Of a stretch of DNA of 64,000 nt, positions 1-9,003 are shown one piece after another. The stretch is taken from contig JBILVZ010000001.1 of NCBI GenBank assembly GCA_044370175.1, forward strand, positions 43,579 through 107,578. Reading direction: 5' to 3'. Both the position numbers and the translations under genes were made by a program. The DNA is from Methylococcaceae bacterium (lineage in GTDB: Bacteria; Patescibacteriota; Microgenomatia; UBA1400; PJMF01). Numbering within the stretch: the first letter of the stretch is position 1; each line of letters starts with the position of its first letter. The notes beneath the pieces were generated by a model that had not been told where the DNA came from, did not search any database, and saw only the letters and a program-made list of their open reading frames with translations.

Positions 1-47
1 AAACTTAAGTTGTTAAAAGCGTCGGGGTCGAGGTCGTGCATCAAAAC

Positions 48-443
48 TTACATCGATAACTGCTCCAGGTGAGCTATAGATTTCTTCACCGCCTGCAGCC
101 CAAGCAGCAGACACTTCACCCTGCCATAGGCAATCGGCTGCTCGAGCCCTAGCAAAGCCTCGAGATCAGACTGCTGTAACGTTAAAACATCAGACACACG
201 CATCTGCGTTATTTTTTCTGAAAGCAGGCTCATCGTAGCCTGGCTAATGGCACAACCACTCCCTTGCCAACCCACTTCAGCAATCTGTTGTCCACTTGCA
301 TCAAACTTCAAAAAAACCGTCATGTCATCACCACAAGAAGCATTGGTTTCGTGTACCGATACTGCTGCATCAGTCAGCACTCGCTTATTTTGAGGATGCT
401 TCAATTCTTCTATAATTGCTTCTTGGTATAAATCTTGTGACAT
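48..443 (-). CDS. sufU: Fe-S cluster assembly scaffold protein, SufU/IscU (NifU-like) family
   Basis: 131 aa. Three conserved Cys ligand regions (..NASCGDDMTV.. and ..GSGCAISQAT..) typical of SufU/IscU. Last gene of the suf cluster. Confidence 0.8.
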   Translation of the reverse strand: MSQDLYQEAIIEELKHPQNKRVLTDAAVSVHETNASCGDDMTVFLKFDASGQQIAEVGWQGSGCAISQATMSLLSEKITQMRVSDVLTLQQSDLEALLGLEQPIAYGRVKCLLLGLQAVKKSIAHLEQLSM

Positions 444-499
444 AAGATCGTTCGCATTACTAAAGTTTCGGTTCGTACTGCCCTTGCCTGAAAAAAATA

Positions 500-1831
500 T
501 TACTTGCCAAACACTTGTGCTACTTTTGCCAAAGCTGCAACCAACTGGTCAATATCTTCTTCGGAGTTGTAGATCTGAAAACTCACCCTGACACTCGCCT
601 GCCAGCCAAACTGCTCATGTAGTGGCATCGTACAGTGGTGACCACTACGCACCGCTACTCCTTCGCTATCTAAAACTTGTGCCACATCGTGGGCGTGGAC
701 ACCATCATAGATGAAACTTACCGAGCCCACTCTATCAAGCACTGCAGCATTCTCGGCATTTTGCTGCAGAGCGTCTGTGGATGCGTTTGTCTCTACCTTG
801 TTTAAGGCAAGAGGTGTTACTGGCCCGATAATCTTTACTTGTGGAATCTGGGAAAGTTTTTCAATCGTGTAGCGTACTAACATCCTGTCATGTTCCAATA
901 CGTTGTGCATGCCGATGTTTTGCAAATACTGACAGGCTGCAGCCAACCCCACCGCACTGGCCACATCTGGGGTGCCTGGAGTAAAGCGCTCAGCGATATC
1001 TTCGTTGAACGTGGTGCCAGTGGTATGAACCTCCGCAATCATGCCTCCACCAAAAAACCAGGGCTGCATTTCGTTACTTTCGAGTAGTTGCTTGCGTACC
1101 AACAACCCACCCACACCCATCGGCCCCAGCATTTTATGACCACTAAATGCAAAGAAATCGATATCTAATTCATCAAATTTTACGGGAATATGTGGAGCAG
1201 CTTGCGCACCGTCAATGGCAATTTTTGGCCTAGTGGCTACAGATGGATACAACTCTTTTATGAGAGTGACAATATCTGAAATTGGTAGCATCGTACCTAG
1301 TGCATTGGAGATATAGCTTAACGCAATTAGCTTTACTTTTGAGCCATACTGTTCACACAACTCTCGCAAGTGACCGAGGTCCAACCGGCCAACCTCATCA
1401 AGCTGTATAAACTCCACAGCAGCACCTGTTCGCTTAGCCAGCTGCTGCCAAGGCACTATGTTAGCATGATGTTCGATCAGCGAGGTTACTATCACGTCAC
1501 CTGCGGTGATATTTGTATCTCCCCAGCCGTAAGCACTACCGTTGAGAGCTTCAGTAGTGTTGCGGGTCAGAATCAACTCAGCAGGCTGAGCGCCAAAAAA
1601 CTGAGCAATAGTGGCACGACTTTCTTCCCAAGCCCTACTGCTGGCATCAGAAAGGGTGTGTACACCACGGTGAACGTTGGCATTACTTGTTTCGTAGTAG
1701 TGAGAAATAGCATTAATAACAGCCTTGGGTTTTTGGCTTGTTGCGGCATTATCAAGGTACACGAGCGGTTTGCCTTGTACAGATCTTGAGAGAATAGGAA
1801 AGTCTGATTTTATTTTTGCACTGTCAAACAT
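500..1831 (-). CDS. sufS: cysteine desulfurase SufS (class V aminotransferase fold)
   Basis: 443 aa. PLP-lysine motif SGHKMLGPMGVGGL, C-terminal active-site loop RSGHHC, HHANIVPW motif. Immediately upstream of sufU. Confidence 0.85.
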   Translation of the reverse strand: MFDSAKIKSDFPILSRSVQGKPLVYLDNAATSQKPKAVINAISHYYETSNANVHRGVHTLSDASSRAWEESRATIAQFFGAQPAELILTRNTTEALNGSAYGWGDTNITAGDVIVTSLIEHHANIVPWQQLAKRTGAAVEFIQLDEVGRLDLGHLRELCEQYGSKVKLIALSYISNALGTMLPISDIVTLIKELYPSVATRPKIAIDGAQAAPHIPVKFDELDIDFFAFSGHKMLGPMGVGGLLVRKQLLESNEMQPWFFGGGMIAEVHTTGTTFNEDIAERFTPGTPDVASAVGLAAACQYLQNIGMHNVLEHDRMLVRYTIEKLSQIPQVKIIGPVTPLALNKVETNASTDALQQNAENAAVLDRVGSVSFIYDGVHAHDVAQVLDSEGVAVRSGHHCTMPLHEQFGWQASVRVSFQIYNSEEDIDQLVAALAKVAQVFGK

Positions 1832-1871
1832 ATCCCTGTATTGTACCGTATCCTATCAGACTCGATGAGGG

Positions 1872-2462
1872 CTATGTTCTCAACAGCTTTAATAAATTCT
1901 GCAGGAAAAGCCCCAAGCTCGGTTGCTGCTGCCCTACTGTTTCCATCCAGGCTTGCACCATGCTATATTCTGGGTATACCCTGCGCAGCTTACCGCTCCA
2001 AGGCTTTGTGTCTTGAAATGCTGCAGCAGTAGAATCCAAGTTTGGTTGTCCAAATAATAAACCCGCGGGACGCATCGCAGCCATCATTTGTTGGCGCTCT
2101 TCTGTTGAAAAATCTGGGACTTCCGCATGATCCAAAGGAGCTGGTGCATAATAAAAAACTTCATTGTCACTGACACCTACTCCATCTTGGTAGTGCCAAC
2201 GCAAACACCGCACTGGAAATGAATACCTATCGAGTGCGACGGGTTTTTTCAGAGTAACTACCAGTGAAGTAATGATGTTTTTACCCTCATGTACTTTGAG
2301 TGTTGTGTAACTCTGCGCAATTGTCCGAGTATTTAATTGCAAACCCTGATGCTGCTGCTCAATTAGTTCGCAAATTTTGGCTTTCTGCAGTTCAAATGCA
2401 GGCGGTGAGCTGGGCACCTCAAATTGTGCAAAGTTTGTACCATTTTCTCGTGAAGCAGACAT
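1872..2462 (-). CDS. hypothetical protein embedded in suf operon
   Basis: 196-aa ORF co-oriented between sufD and sufS. No family recognised by eye. Confidence 0.4.
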   Translation of the reverse strand: MSASRENGTNFAQFEVPSSPPAFELQKAKICELIEQQHQGLQLNTRTIAQSYTTLKVHEGKNIITSLVVTLKKPVALDRYSFPVRCLRWHYQDGVGVSDNEVFYYAPAPLDHAEVPDFSTEERQQMMAAMRPAGLLFGQPNLDSTAAAFQDTKPWSGKLRRVYPEYSMVQAWMETVGQQQPSLGLFLQNLLKLLRT

Positions 2463-2555
2463 GCTGCCTCCTTTCTAAAAACTGAAAACTTCCTAGTATA
2501 AACCTGTTTGGGTGGAAATACCAGACTCGAGGAAAATGTCTTCGAAAAGAGAAAA

Positions 2556-3056
2556 TTACTCAGCAGCTTCCAAAAATCCCTGCACGATCAGTGCTTCTGC
2601 CTCACTATGTGCGATACCGCGGCTCTTGAGATAAAAAAGTTGTGCTTCAGGAATATGGCTGATGCTGGCTGCATGTGAACACTTGACGTCGTCCGTTAAA
2701 ATTTCGAGTTCGGGGACAGCTTCTGCCTTGGCTGTGTCAGAAAGCAGCAAAATGCGCTCAGTCAAAAAGGCATTGGTATCTGGACAGTGCTCTGCGACGA
2801 TGATTCGTCCAGTGAAACTGACCTGAGCATGGTCTCGGACTACACCTTTGAGGACGGTGTTGGAACGAGTGTGTGCTGCCTGGTGGTTAATAATAACAGT
2901 AATATTTTTCTGTTCTTTGCCTGCAGCTGCAAAGATACCACTGATCGTAGCTTGCGCCCCCTCACCAGTGAGCTGGATTTCATACACACCAGGCGCATCG
3001 ATCGTGATGGTGCGGTGTACATCTCGAGCTAGTGTGTAGGTTTTTTTATCTTCCAT
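2556..3056 (-). CDS. sufD: SufD-like Fe-S assembly protein (short form, C-terminal beta-helix region only)
   Basis: 166 aa, similar to the C-terminal part of SufB/SufD (..ILTDDVKCSHAASISHI..EAQLFYLKSRGI..EAEALIVQGF..). Start overlaps the sufB stop (TAATG), indicating translational coupling. Confidence 0.6.
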   Translation of the reverse strand: MEDKKTYTLARDVHRTITIDAPGVYEIQLTGEGAQATISGIFAAAGKEQKNITVIINHQAAHTRSNTVLKGVVRDHAQVSFTGRIIVAEHCPDTNAFLTERILLLSDTAKAEAVPELEILTDDVKCSHAASISHIPEAQLFYLKSRGIAHSEAEALIVQGFLEAAE

Positions 3057-5617
3057 TACCCAATACTCCCTTCCATTTCGTGATCAATTAAGCGATTCAT
3101 CTCTACTGCATACTCGAGTGGCAGTTTCTTGACCAAGTTATCAATAAAACCATGGACCACCATCTTGCGGGCATCTTCTTCACCTACACCACGACTCATC
3201 AAGTAAAATAGTTGGTCATCACCAATCTTGGAAACAGTGGCTTCGTGCTGAATGGCGACGCGGGAGTTAAAAATTCTGTCCACTGGGTAGGTGTCTGAGC
3301 GCGAAAAGTTATCAAGCAATAGCGCATCACAGATCACTGTATTTTGACTTTCTCTGGCATGTGGGCCAACATTGACCATACCGCGATAACTTGTCCGGCC
3401 GCCATCTTTGGAGATAGATTTTGAAATAATGGTAGAGCTGGTGTGTGGAGCCAAGTGAATGGCTTTAGAGCCAGTATCTTGATGTTGGCCAGCGCCAGCC
3501 AGTGCCATACTGAGAGTCTCGCCCACTGCCCCGCGTCCTGCCAAGATAAAGCCAGGGTACTTCATAGTCACTTTTGAACCCATATTGAAGTCGGTCCAGA
3601 TCATCTTACCTTCTTCTTCTACGTAAGCACGTTTGGTGACCAGGTTATAGACATTTTTGTACCAGTTCTGAATTGTGGTGTACTGGCACTGGGCGCCTTT
3701 TTTGACGTAGATTTCCACAACAGCGGAGTGGAGGGAACCACTGGAGAACTGCGGGGCTGTGCAGTTGTGGACCGCAACACCGCCTGCCACATAACTTTCA
3801 TCACCTTTGACGCTAAAGTTATATACAGGGATATTTTCAATTTTTTCACTCTCAATGGCAGCCACTGGAGCATATAAATAATATTGATCTAAATGATAGT
3901 ATGTCGCTCGTTTTTTACCCCACATCTGTGGCTGTACTGGCTGCTCAACCCATTTCCCAAACTCTATCATGTATTCACCACCAATCACCAAACAATACAT
4001 TGTCTGGCGGTTTTCGTGCGTGCGGTCCCGCACATTGAGTGAAGTTGCCACACCAAGTCTAGCTAGTAGCATTCGCGCCTGCTGTGCAAGAGTTTTTGAA
4101 ACCGTACAAATTCTGAAGACTTCCTTAAAACCATGAGCGTTTTGTTTTCTATAGTAACTACCATCACCCGCATACCACCCAATTATTAACTGTTTTTGCT
4201 TTTCAGGTGCTTCTTGCAGTACCCATTTAGGAAGTATTTTACTATTGGCATGAGTACCAAATTGTTCAAAGAAACGACATAGTTTGGTGGAGCGCACCAC
4301 AACAGACACACCATGATTTTTTTCATGAGCAACTTCATGAAAACGAGTTTCACTAAAGACCGTTGTAAGCAAATTTTTTACATCATCAATATACTCACGC
4401 TCATTTTCATTAAACGAGAAGTTCAAATAATGACCTGCACTGACACTACCCTCAGCTAGATAGTAGCCAATCAACCTAAATAATTCGGGGGTGCAAACTA
4501 TTGTAAAGTCTTCTTCTACCCAGCCGTGTCTACCTGCACCACGTAGAATTGGGAAAGTTCGGGATTCTTGCACGTCTATAGTCTTGTCTATCGGTATACA
4601 AAGATAATCACCTTTTTGCACTTCTTTAACTGGCAACCACTGAGTTTCCCATACTTTGTTACGCTCATTGTGTCGTTGTCGCTTTACCACCAAAAATGGA
4701 TGCTCTTCTGTAGCATTAATGTGTTCTGAAAGTTGACCTGTCACTTTCAGGTTATACAGTTGACCAGTGTATGGACGGACTTGAGTATGACCAACTTGTT
4801 GGTATTTGCCCGTATGTGTCAGAACGGTATCGCTAGTCTTAATATCTTCAATTGCTACTAATCCGCTCTCCGTCATAATTTTGGTACCAGCAATAAAGCA
4901 TCCTTCAATGTAGTGCACTTTCGCCCCTTCATCAACAATTATTAACGTCCGCTCAAACTGGCCAGCATTTTCCGAGTTGATTCTAAAGTAGGTCTGGAGT
5001 GGCATTTTGACATCCACACCTTTAGGAATATAGACAAATGACCCACCAGACCAAACAGCGGTGTTCAAGGCAGAAAATTTGTTGTCACCACTAGGGATGA
5101 CCTTGCCGAAGTATTCTTTGACCAAGTCTGGATATTGTTTGAGTCCATCATCCATGGAAAGGAAAACCACGCCATCTTTGGCAAAAACATCTTTAAGGGA
5201 GCCATAGACGACTTCGCTGTCATATTGAGCCTTCACGCCAGCCAAGACTGCTCGCTCAGCTTCAGGAATGCCCAGACGTTCAAATGTTTCTTTCACATCC
5301 TTGGGTACATCTTCCCAAGATTTGGATTGGTGATCTGTGGGTTTGAGGTAGTAGTGAATTTTTTCAAAGTTTATTTCGGAAAGATCGGCTCCCCACTCTG
5401 GCATTTTTTTGGCTAAAAACTGTTGGTATGCCGTCAGACGCAACTGTAGCATCCAATCTGGTTCTTCTTTAATGTGGGAAAGATGGCGGATAACTTGCTC
5501 GTTTAAACCAGGTTTGCTGATAAAGGCGTATTGATCTGTAGGGAAAGAATACCCATGTTCGTACTGCTCTGAGTTACTTTCAAAGGTGGTGGTGTGTTTT
5601 TGTGCGAAGCGGGCCAT
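3056..5617 (-). CDS. sufB: Fe-S cluster assembly protein SufB interrupted in frame by a 379-aa intein
   Basis: 853-aa ORF. Residues 1-239 and 619-853 together form a canonical SufB of about 474 aa (..GAKVHYIEG / CTAPQFSSGSLHSAVVEIY..FYLMSRGV..). Residues 240-618 are an insertion starting with Cys and ending His-Asn, with Cys at +1. Confidence 0.85.
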   Translation of the reverse strand: MARFAQKHTTTFESNSEQYEHGYSFPTDQYAFISKPGLNEQVIRHLSHIKEEPDWMLQLRLTAYQQFLAKKMPEWGADLSEINFEKIHYYLKPTDHQSKSWEDVPKDVKETFERLGIPEAERAVLAGVKAQYDSEVVYGSLKDVFAKDGVVFLSMDDGLKQYPDLVKEYFGKVIPSGDNKFSALNTAVWSGGSFVYIPKGVDVKMPLQTYFRINSENAGQFERTLIIVDEGAKVHYIEGCFIAGTKIMTESGLVAIEDIKTSDTVLTHTGKYQQVGHTQVRPYTGQLYNLKVTGQLSEHINATEEHPFLVVKRQRHNERNKVWETQWLPVKEVQKGDYLCIPIDKTIDVQESRTFPILRGAGRHGWVEEDFTIVCTPELFRLIGYYLAEGSVSAGHYLNFSFNENEREYIDDVKNLLTTVFSETRFHEVAHEKNHGVSVVVRSTKLCRFFEQFGTHANSKILPKWVLQEAPEKQKQLIIGWYAGDGSYYRKQNAHGFKEVFRICTVSKTLAQQARMLLARLGVATSLNVRDRTHENRQTMYCLVIGGEYMIEFGKWVEQPVQPQMWGKKRATYYHLDQYYLYAPVAAIESEKIENIPVYNFSVKGDESYVAGGVAVHNCTAPQFSSGSLHSAVVEIYVKKGAQCQYTTIQNWYKNVYNLVTKRAYVEEEGKMIWTDFNMGSKVTMKYPGFILAGRGAVGETLSMALAGAGQHQDTGSKAIHLAPHTSSTIISKSISKDGGRTSYRGMVNVGPHARESQNTVICDALLLDNFSRSDTYPVDRIFNSRVAIQHEATVSKIGDDQLFYLMSRGVGEEDARKMVVHGFIDNLVKKLPLEYAVEMNRLIDHEMEGSIG
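3764..4900 (-). mobile_element. intein (Hint domain plus LAGLIDADG homing endonuclease) inside sufB
   Basis: Codons verified on the DNA: Cys1 is tgc at 4898-4900 (minus strand). The C-terminal ..VAVHN ends at 3764-3766, followed by the tgc Cys codon of the CTAP extein. N-terminal block CFIAGTKIMTESG, C-terminal block VYNFSVKGDESYVAGGVAVHN. Two LAGLIDADG-like motifs (LIGYYLAEGSV and LIIGWYAGDGSY). Confidence 0.75.
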
Positions 5618-5717
5618 GAGAGGTTATTTTACCATTGTTTTCAGCTTTAACCGAGGATGTGCAGTAGTGAAAAATTGCGAACGAAATAGGTTGTATAAAA
5701 TGAATTTCCCCGTTTCT

Positions 5718-6314
5718 CTACTCCCCCACAATCTTCCTGATAAATCCTTCTTTTTCCCCAGCAAAACCAAAATCATAGTTCTCGAACTCATCCTTTGCAA
5801 TCCACTTAAAGTCACTGTGCTCCTCACTCAGCAGCACACTATCCTCTTTAAAATCGCCCTCAAGCTTTATCTCCCACCCCAAAATAATGGAAAATACTTG
5901 GGCTTGCCCATCAAAAAACGTACCAATGTGAACACACTTTTTTACGTCTTCGCGCTGCAGCTCAATCCCCGTCTCTTCAAATACTTCCCGCACCACGTCA
6001 TCTTTATGCATATCTCGCAGCAACCCCTCTTTTTCACCACTAATCGCACCAGGCATCACTCGCTGACCCTGTGCGTCCACCGGCCACTCACTGTTTCCCC
6101 CAGGCAGATCCCACTGATCTGGCCGTGAAGTGCTCTTGCTACTGCGTTTCAGGATCAACACTTTGCCGTTGTGCCATAAAGCAGCTTTTTGCAGTAACTT
6201 GACGTTTTGGGTGAGTTGGTGTGGGATGATGTCCATAAATTCCTTACTAAAAGAGTTGGTGTTAGTATACATTATGAGAGAGCAAAGCAATTCGTCGACA
6301 GAGACGTTCGCCAA
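5718..6314 (-). CDS. NUDIX hydrolase
   Basis: 198 aa. Nudix box variant with insertion: ..LPGGNSE..AISGEKEGLLRDMHKDDVVREVFEETGIE.. Lies between sufC and sufB on the same strand. Confidence 0.6.
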   Translation of the reverse strand: MANVSVDELLCSLIMYTNTNSFSKEFMDIIPHQLTQNVKLLQKAALWHNGKVLILKRSSKSTSRPDQWDLPGGNSEWPVDAQGQRVMPGAISGEKEGLLRDMHKDDVVREVFEETGIELQREDVKKCVHIGTFFDGQAQVFSIILGWEIKLEGDFKEDSVLLSEEHSDFKWIAKDEFENYDFGFAGEKEGFIRKIVGE

Positions 6315-6424
6315 CAGCTCACTTCACATCAAGACTATCCATGGTTACTCAAAAAACTTATCAAAAACAGCGACGTCTTTCTAAGACTCTGTCAACAAAT
6401 CACTTTACTCTCCTGAAAAATTAT

Positions 6425-7189
6425 CTATACTAACTCTTTGTATCCTGACTTCTCCAACTCCGTCACCAGCTCTTCACCTCCAGAGCGCACAATCTTTCCC
6501 TTCACCAACACATGCACAAAATCTGGCTTCAAATAGTCTAGTATCCGCTGATAGTGGGTAATCACCAGAACGCCGGTACCACACCGCTCCACAATCTTCA
6601 CCACATTACGTGCCACTTTTTTAATCGCATCAATATCCAGACCAGAATCAGTCTCATCCAAAATCGCAAATTTTGGCTCAAGCACCGCCATCTGCAAAAT
6701 TTCCAGCTGCTTTTTTTCTCCTCCACTAAAACCTTCATTTAACCCTCGGCTCAAAAATGACGGATCAATCTCCAATTCCTGAGCAATCTGCTGGAGATGC
6801 TTGCGAAACTCGATCGCCTTTTTAAACTGCTTTTCTTCTTGCTCAGCAAACCGTGCGTTGTGGGCATGTCGCAAAAAGTTCTGCACACTTACACCGGGCA
6901 CTTCCACAGGATATTGGAATGCTAAAAACAAACCTTTGTGCGCACGTTCATCTGGTGAAAGCTCGAGTAACTCTTCACCATCCAGTAGGATGCTCGTTTC
7001 AAATTTTTCTGGCCCCACAATTTCATAGGAAGGATGCCCCGCCAGAGTACTCGCCAAGGTACTTTTACCCGAGCCATTGGGTCCCATAATTGCGTGAACT
7101 TCACCACTTTTAACTTCCAGCGAAACGCCGTGCAAAATTTCTTGTTCGGTAATACGAGCGTGAAGATTTTTAATTTTGAAAGTTGCCAT
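6425..7189 (-). CDS. sufC: Fe-S cluster assembly ATPase SufC
   Basis: 254 aa. Walker A GPNGSGKST, ABC signature LSRGLNEGFSGGEKK, Walker B ILDETDSGLD. First gene of the suf cluster. Confidence 0.9.
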   Translation of the reverse strand: MATFKIKNLHARITEQEILHGVSLEVKSGEVHAIMGPNGSGKSTLASTLAGHPSYEIVGPEKFETSILLDGEELLELSPDERAHKGLFLAFQYPVEVPGVSVQNFLRHAHNARFAEQEEKQFKKAIEFRKHLQQIAQELEIDPSFLSRGLNEGFSGGEKKQLEILQMAVLEPKFAILDETDSGLDIDAIKKVARNVVKIVERCGTGVLVITHYQRILDYLKPDFVHVLVKGKIVRSGGEELVTELEKSGYKELV

Positions 7190-7222
7190 AACAGGGGTTA
7201 TTGTACCAGATGTATTCTATAC

Positions 7223-7510
7223 TCAATTTTTCTCATGCAAGCTATAGTTTTGCAACAAAACGCTATACATCAAAAATTTTTCTGCAGAAGCCAAGTTCAA
7301 CGTATATTTAGTTGTGAGTAAATCTTCAACAATTTTTCTGATATATGGCTTTAGTTCAGTATCCTTAAGCTGAATTAACCAACGATCTGTCTGTTCATAG
7401 AATTTTTCAGCAGCTTGAATTGAGCCTCGCTGTGTTAAAGATGCAATTCTGAGCAAATCATTAGACAATGAACCCAGTAATAGATTTTGTTCAGACATAT
7501 AATTTAGCAA
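7223..7510 (-). CDS. hypothetical small protein in AT-rich islet (possible toxin-antitoxin partner)
   Basis: 95-aa ORF. TTG at 7510, or more likely ATG at 7498 (MSEQNLL..). Its start overlaps the stop of the upstream interrupted reading frame (ATGTCTGA). Very AT-rich relative to neighbours. Confidence 0.35.
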   Translation of the reverse strand: MLNYMSEQNLLLGSLSNDLLRIASLTQRGSIQAAEKFYEQTDRWLIQLKDTELKPYIRKIVEDLLTTKYTLNLASAEKFLMYSVLLQNYSLHEKN

Positions 7511-7832
7511 AAAAATGCTCAGTTAGTTCTTTATACTTTTTTTTAATCTCTTCACTTTGAATTTCATTTTTTGTATTGTTATCTCTTGGTCTAATGTTAA
7601 TAAATGAATTAAAATCTATTTCCTTTGTCTCTAAATCTATTCCACCGCCCCATAAATCTTTTTGATTAGAACCTGCCGCCAGTAAAATTTATTCTCCTTC
7701 AAAATGACGATCCATTCCCGCGATACAAATTTTCATTTCGATATCTATAACAGTTTTAATGTAAACTTCAAACATTTCCTTAAGTTGTTCAATCTCCGCA
7801 ATGGAATATTCGTTTTTTGTTGAAAGAATCAT
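7494..7832 (-). pseudogene. minimal nucleotidyltransferase (MNT/Pol-beta superfamily)-like reading frame interrupted by an in-frame TAA
   Basis: Reverse complement read by hand: ATG at 7832 gives MILSTKNEYSIAEIEQLKEMFEVYIKTVIDIEMKICIAGMDRHFEGE, then TAA. The same frame stays open for 65 more codons (ILLAAGSNQKDLWGGGIDLETKEIDFNSF..EHFFAKLYV) before TGA. The segment after the stop carries the hG[GS]x9-13Dh[DE]h nucleotidyltransferase motif (AGS-NQKDLWGGG-IDLE). Confidence 0.35.
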
Positions 7833-7890
7833 AACGCAACTATATCAAAATTTGTTAAAAAATTCAGAATAAGATCTTCCAAAAGTAGTT

Positions 7891-8403
7891 TCATCGAACT
7901 TCAAACGCATACGCTACTTCCTTACGGATATTCTCTCGTGTCTCAATTCCGGCAATTTCATCTTCCGTAAACCACTGAATGCCATCAGTCTCCACCCTAT
8001 CTTCCACAAGCACTACCTCAGCCACTGGTTTCACCAGATATAAAAATCCCAAATGCTGCTCACAGCCTTTGGGCCAGCGCGGGTGCAGCGTGTAGTTTTC
8101 AGGATCTTTTTGACGTGCCTCAAAATTTTCAGGACAAACCCAGTGTAAGTTGGTTAAGATGGGTGAGGGCAGATACTCACTTTCAGTGTCTGAAATAGTC
8201 AGACGTGGATCATAGGCAGTCACTTTTACCCCAGTTTCCTCAAAAAACTCACGTTCAGCCGCTTGGTGCGGCAACTCTCCAACTTCAATATGTCCACCAG
8301 GATTGAGCCAAATCCCTAGTTTTTTGTGTTTTACAAGTAAAACCTTGTCTTCGTGCACCAAAATACCTGCTGCGGTATAACAAACTCGGGGTGTTTTACT
8401 CAT
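7891..8403 (-). CDS. NUDIX hydrolase
   Basis: 170 aa. Canonical Nudix box GGHIEVGELPHQAAEREFFEETGV (GX5EX7REUXEEXGU). Confidence 0.75.
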   Translation of the reverse strand: MSKTPRVCYTAAGILVHEDKVLLVKHKKLGIWLNPGGHIEVGELPHQAAEREFFEETGVKVTAYDPRLTISDTESEYLPSPILTNLHWVCPENFEARQKDPENYTLHPRWPKGCEQHLGFLYLVKPVAEVVLVEDRVETDGIQWFTEDEIAGIETRENIRKEVAYAFEVR

Positions 8404-8962
8404 TTCTTTCTTCCTTTGTCACAGCATACGCAGCAGTATACACTCGCAAGTTGTGTATATCATCTAAAGATAGTGCTGCTTGCCGCAGTAATTTTCCTTG
8501 GATTTCAGATACCGTTTGTAGTTCGACACGAATTTTTGCTGCAGTAGTACTGATGACTTGATGCTGCTCTTCTTCTGCTGCTGAAAGTCCTTGTTGTTTA
8601 CGTGGAAACTTGGACAAACCTTGTAGAGTCTCAGAGAGCTCTGTTTGCAACAAAATGCTCACGGCATGTAGCTTGCGAACTAAATAAAGCACCTGCAAGT
8701 CACGCACTACCTCAGGCATACTCACGAGGATCTTCAGTTCAGCGCTACTCAGATCGTCTGTACGAAGCAGTGTTTCGAGTGCGGCTTCAGCACCAGCATG
8801 TGCCAATAATTGGTGTAGTGGGGGTGATACAGTACCATCTGGAATTGAACCACCCTCGCTAGCAGAGCTACCAGCATCAGTAACACCACCTTCAGTTTTT
8901 TCTGGAAATACTATGTACGGTAATAAACTATTGTAGACTTTAGTAAGTGCTTCGCGTGACAT
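8396..8962 (-). CDS. hypothetical protein
   Basis: 188-aa ORF overlapping the downstream NUDIX gene by 8 nt on the same strand. No recognisable motif. Confidence 0.45.
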   Translation of the reverse strand: MSREALTKVYNSLLPYIVFPEKTEGGVTDAGSSASEGGSIPDGTVSPPLHQLLAHAGAEAALETLLRTDDLSSAELKILVSMPEVVRDLQVLYLVRKLHAVSILLQTELSETLQGLSKFPRKQQGLSAAEEEQHQVISTTAAKIRVELQTVSEIQGKLLRQAALSLDDIHNLRVYTAAYAVTKEERNE

Positions 8963-9003
8963 GAAGAACCTTTCTCTAAGTTGTCACTGTTATACCACAC
9001 TTT

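Noticed and set aside
7494-7832. The in-frame TAA could indicate a reassigned genetic code (TAA as sense).
   Set aside because: Other genes in the window terminate on TAA at exactly the expected positions (for example the sufB TAA overlapping the sufD ATG). TGA and TAG also behave as stops. A local pseudogene or readthrough is more parsimonious.
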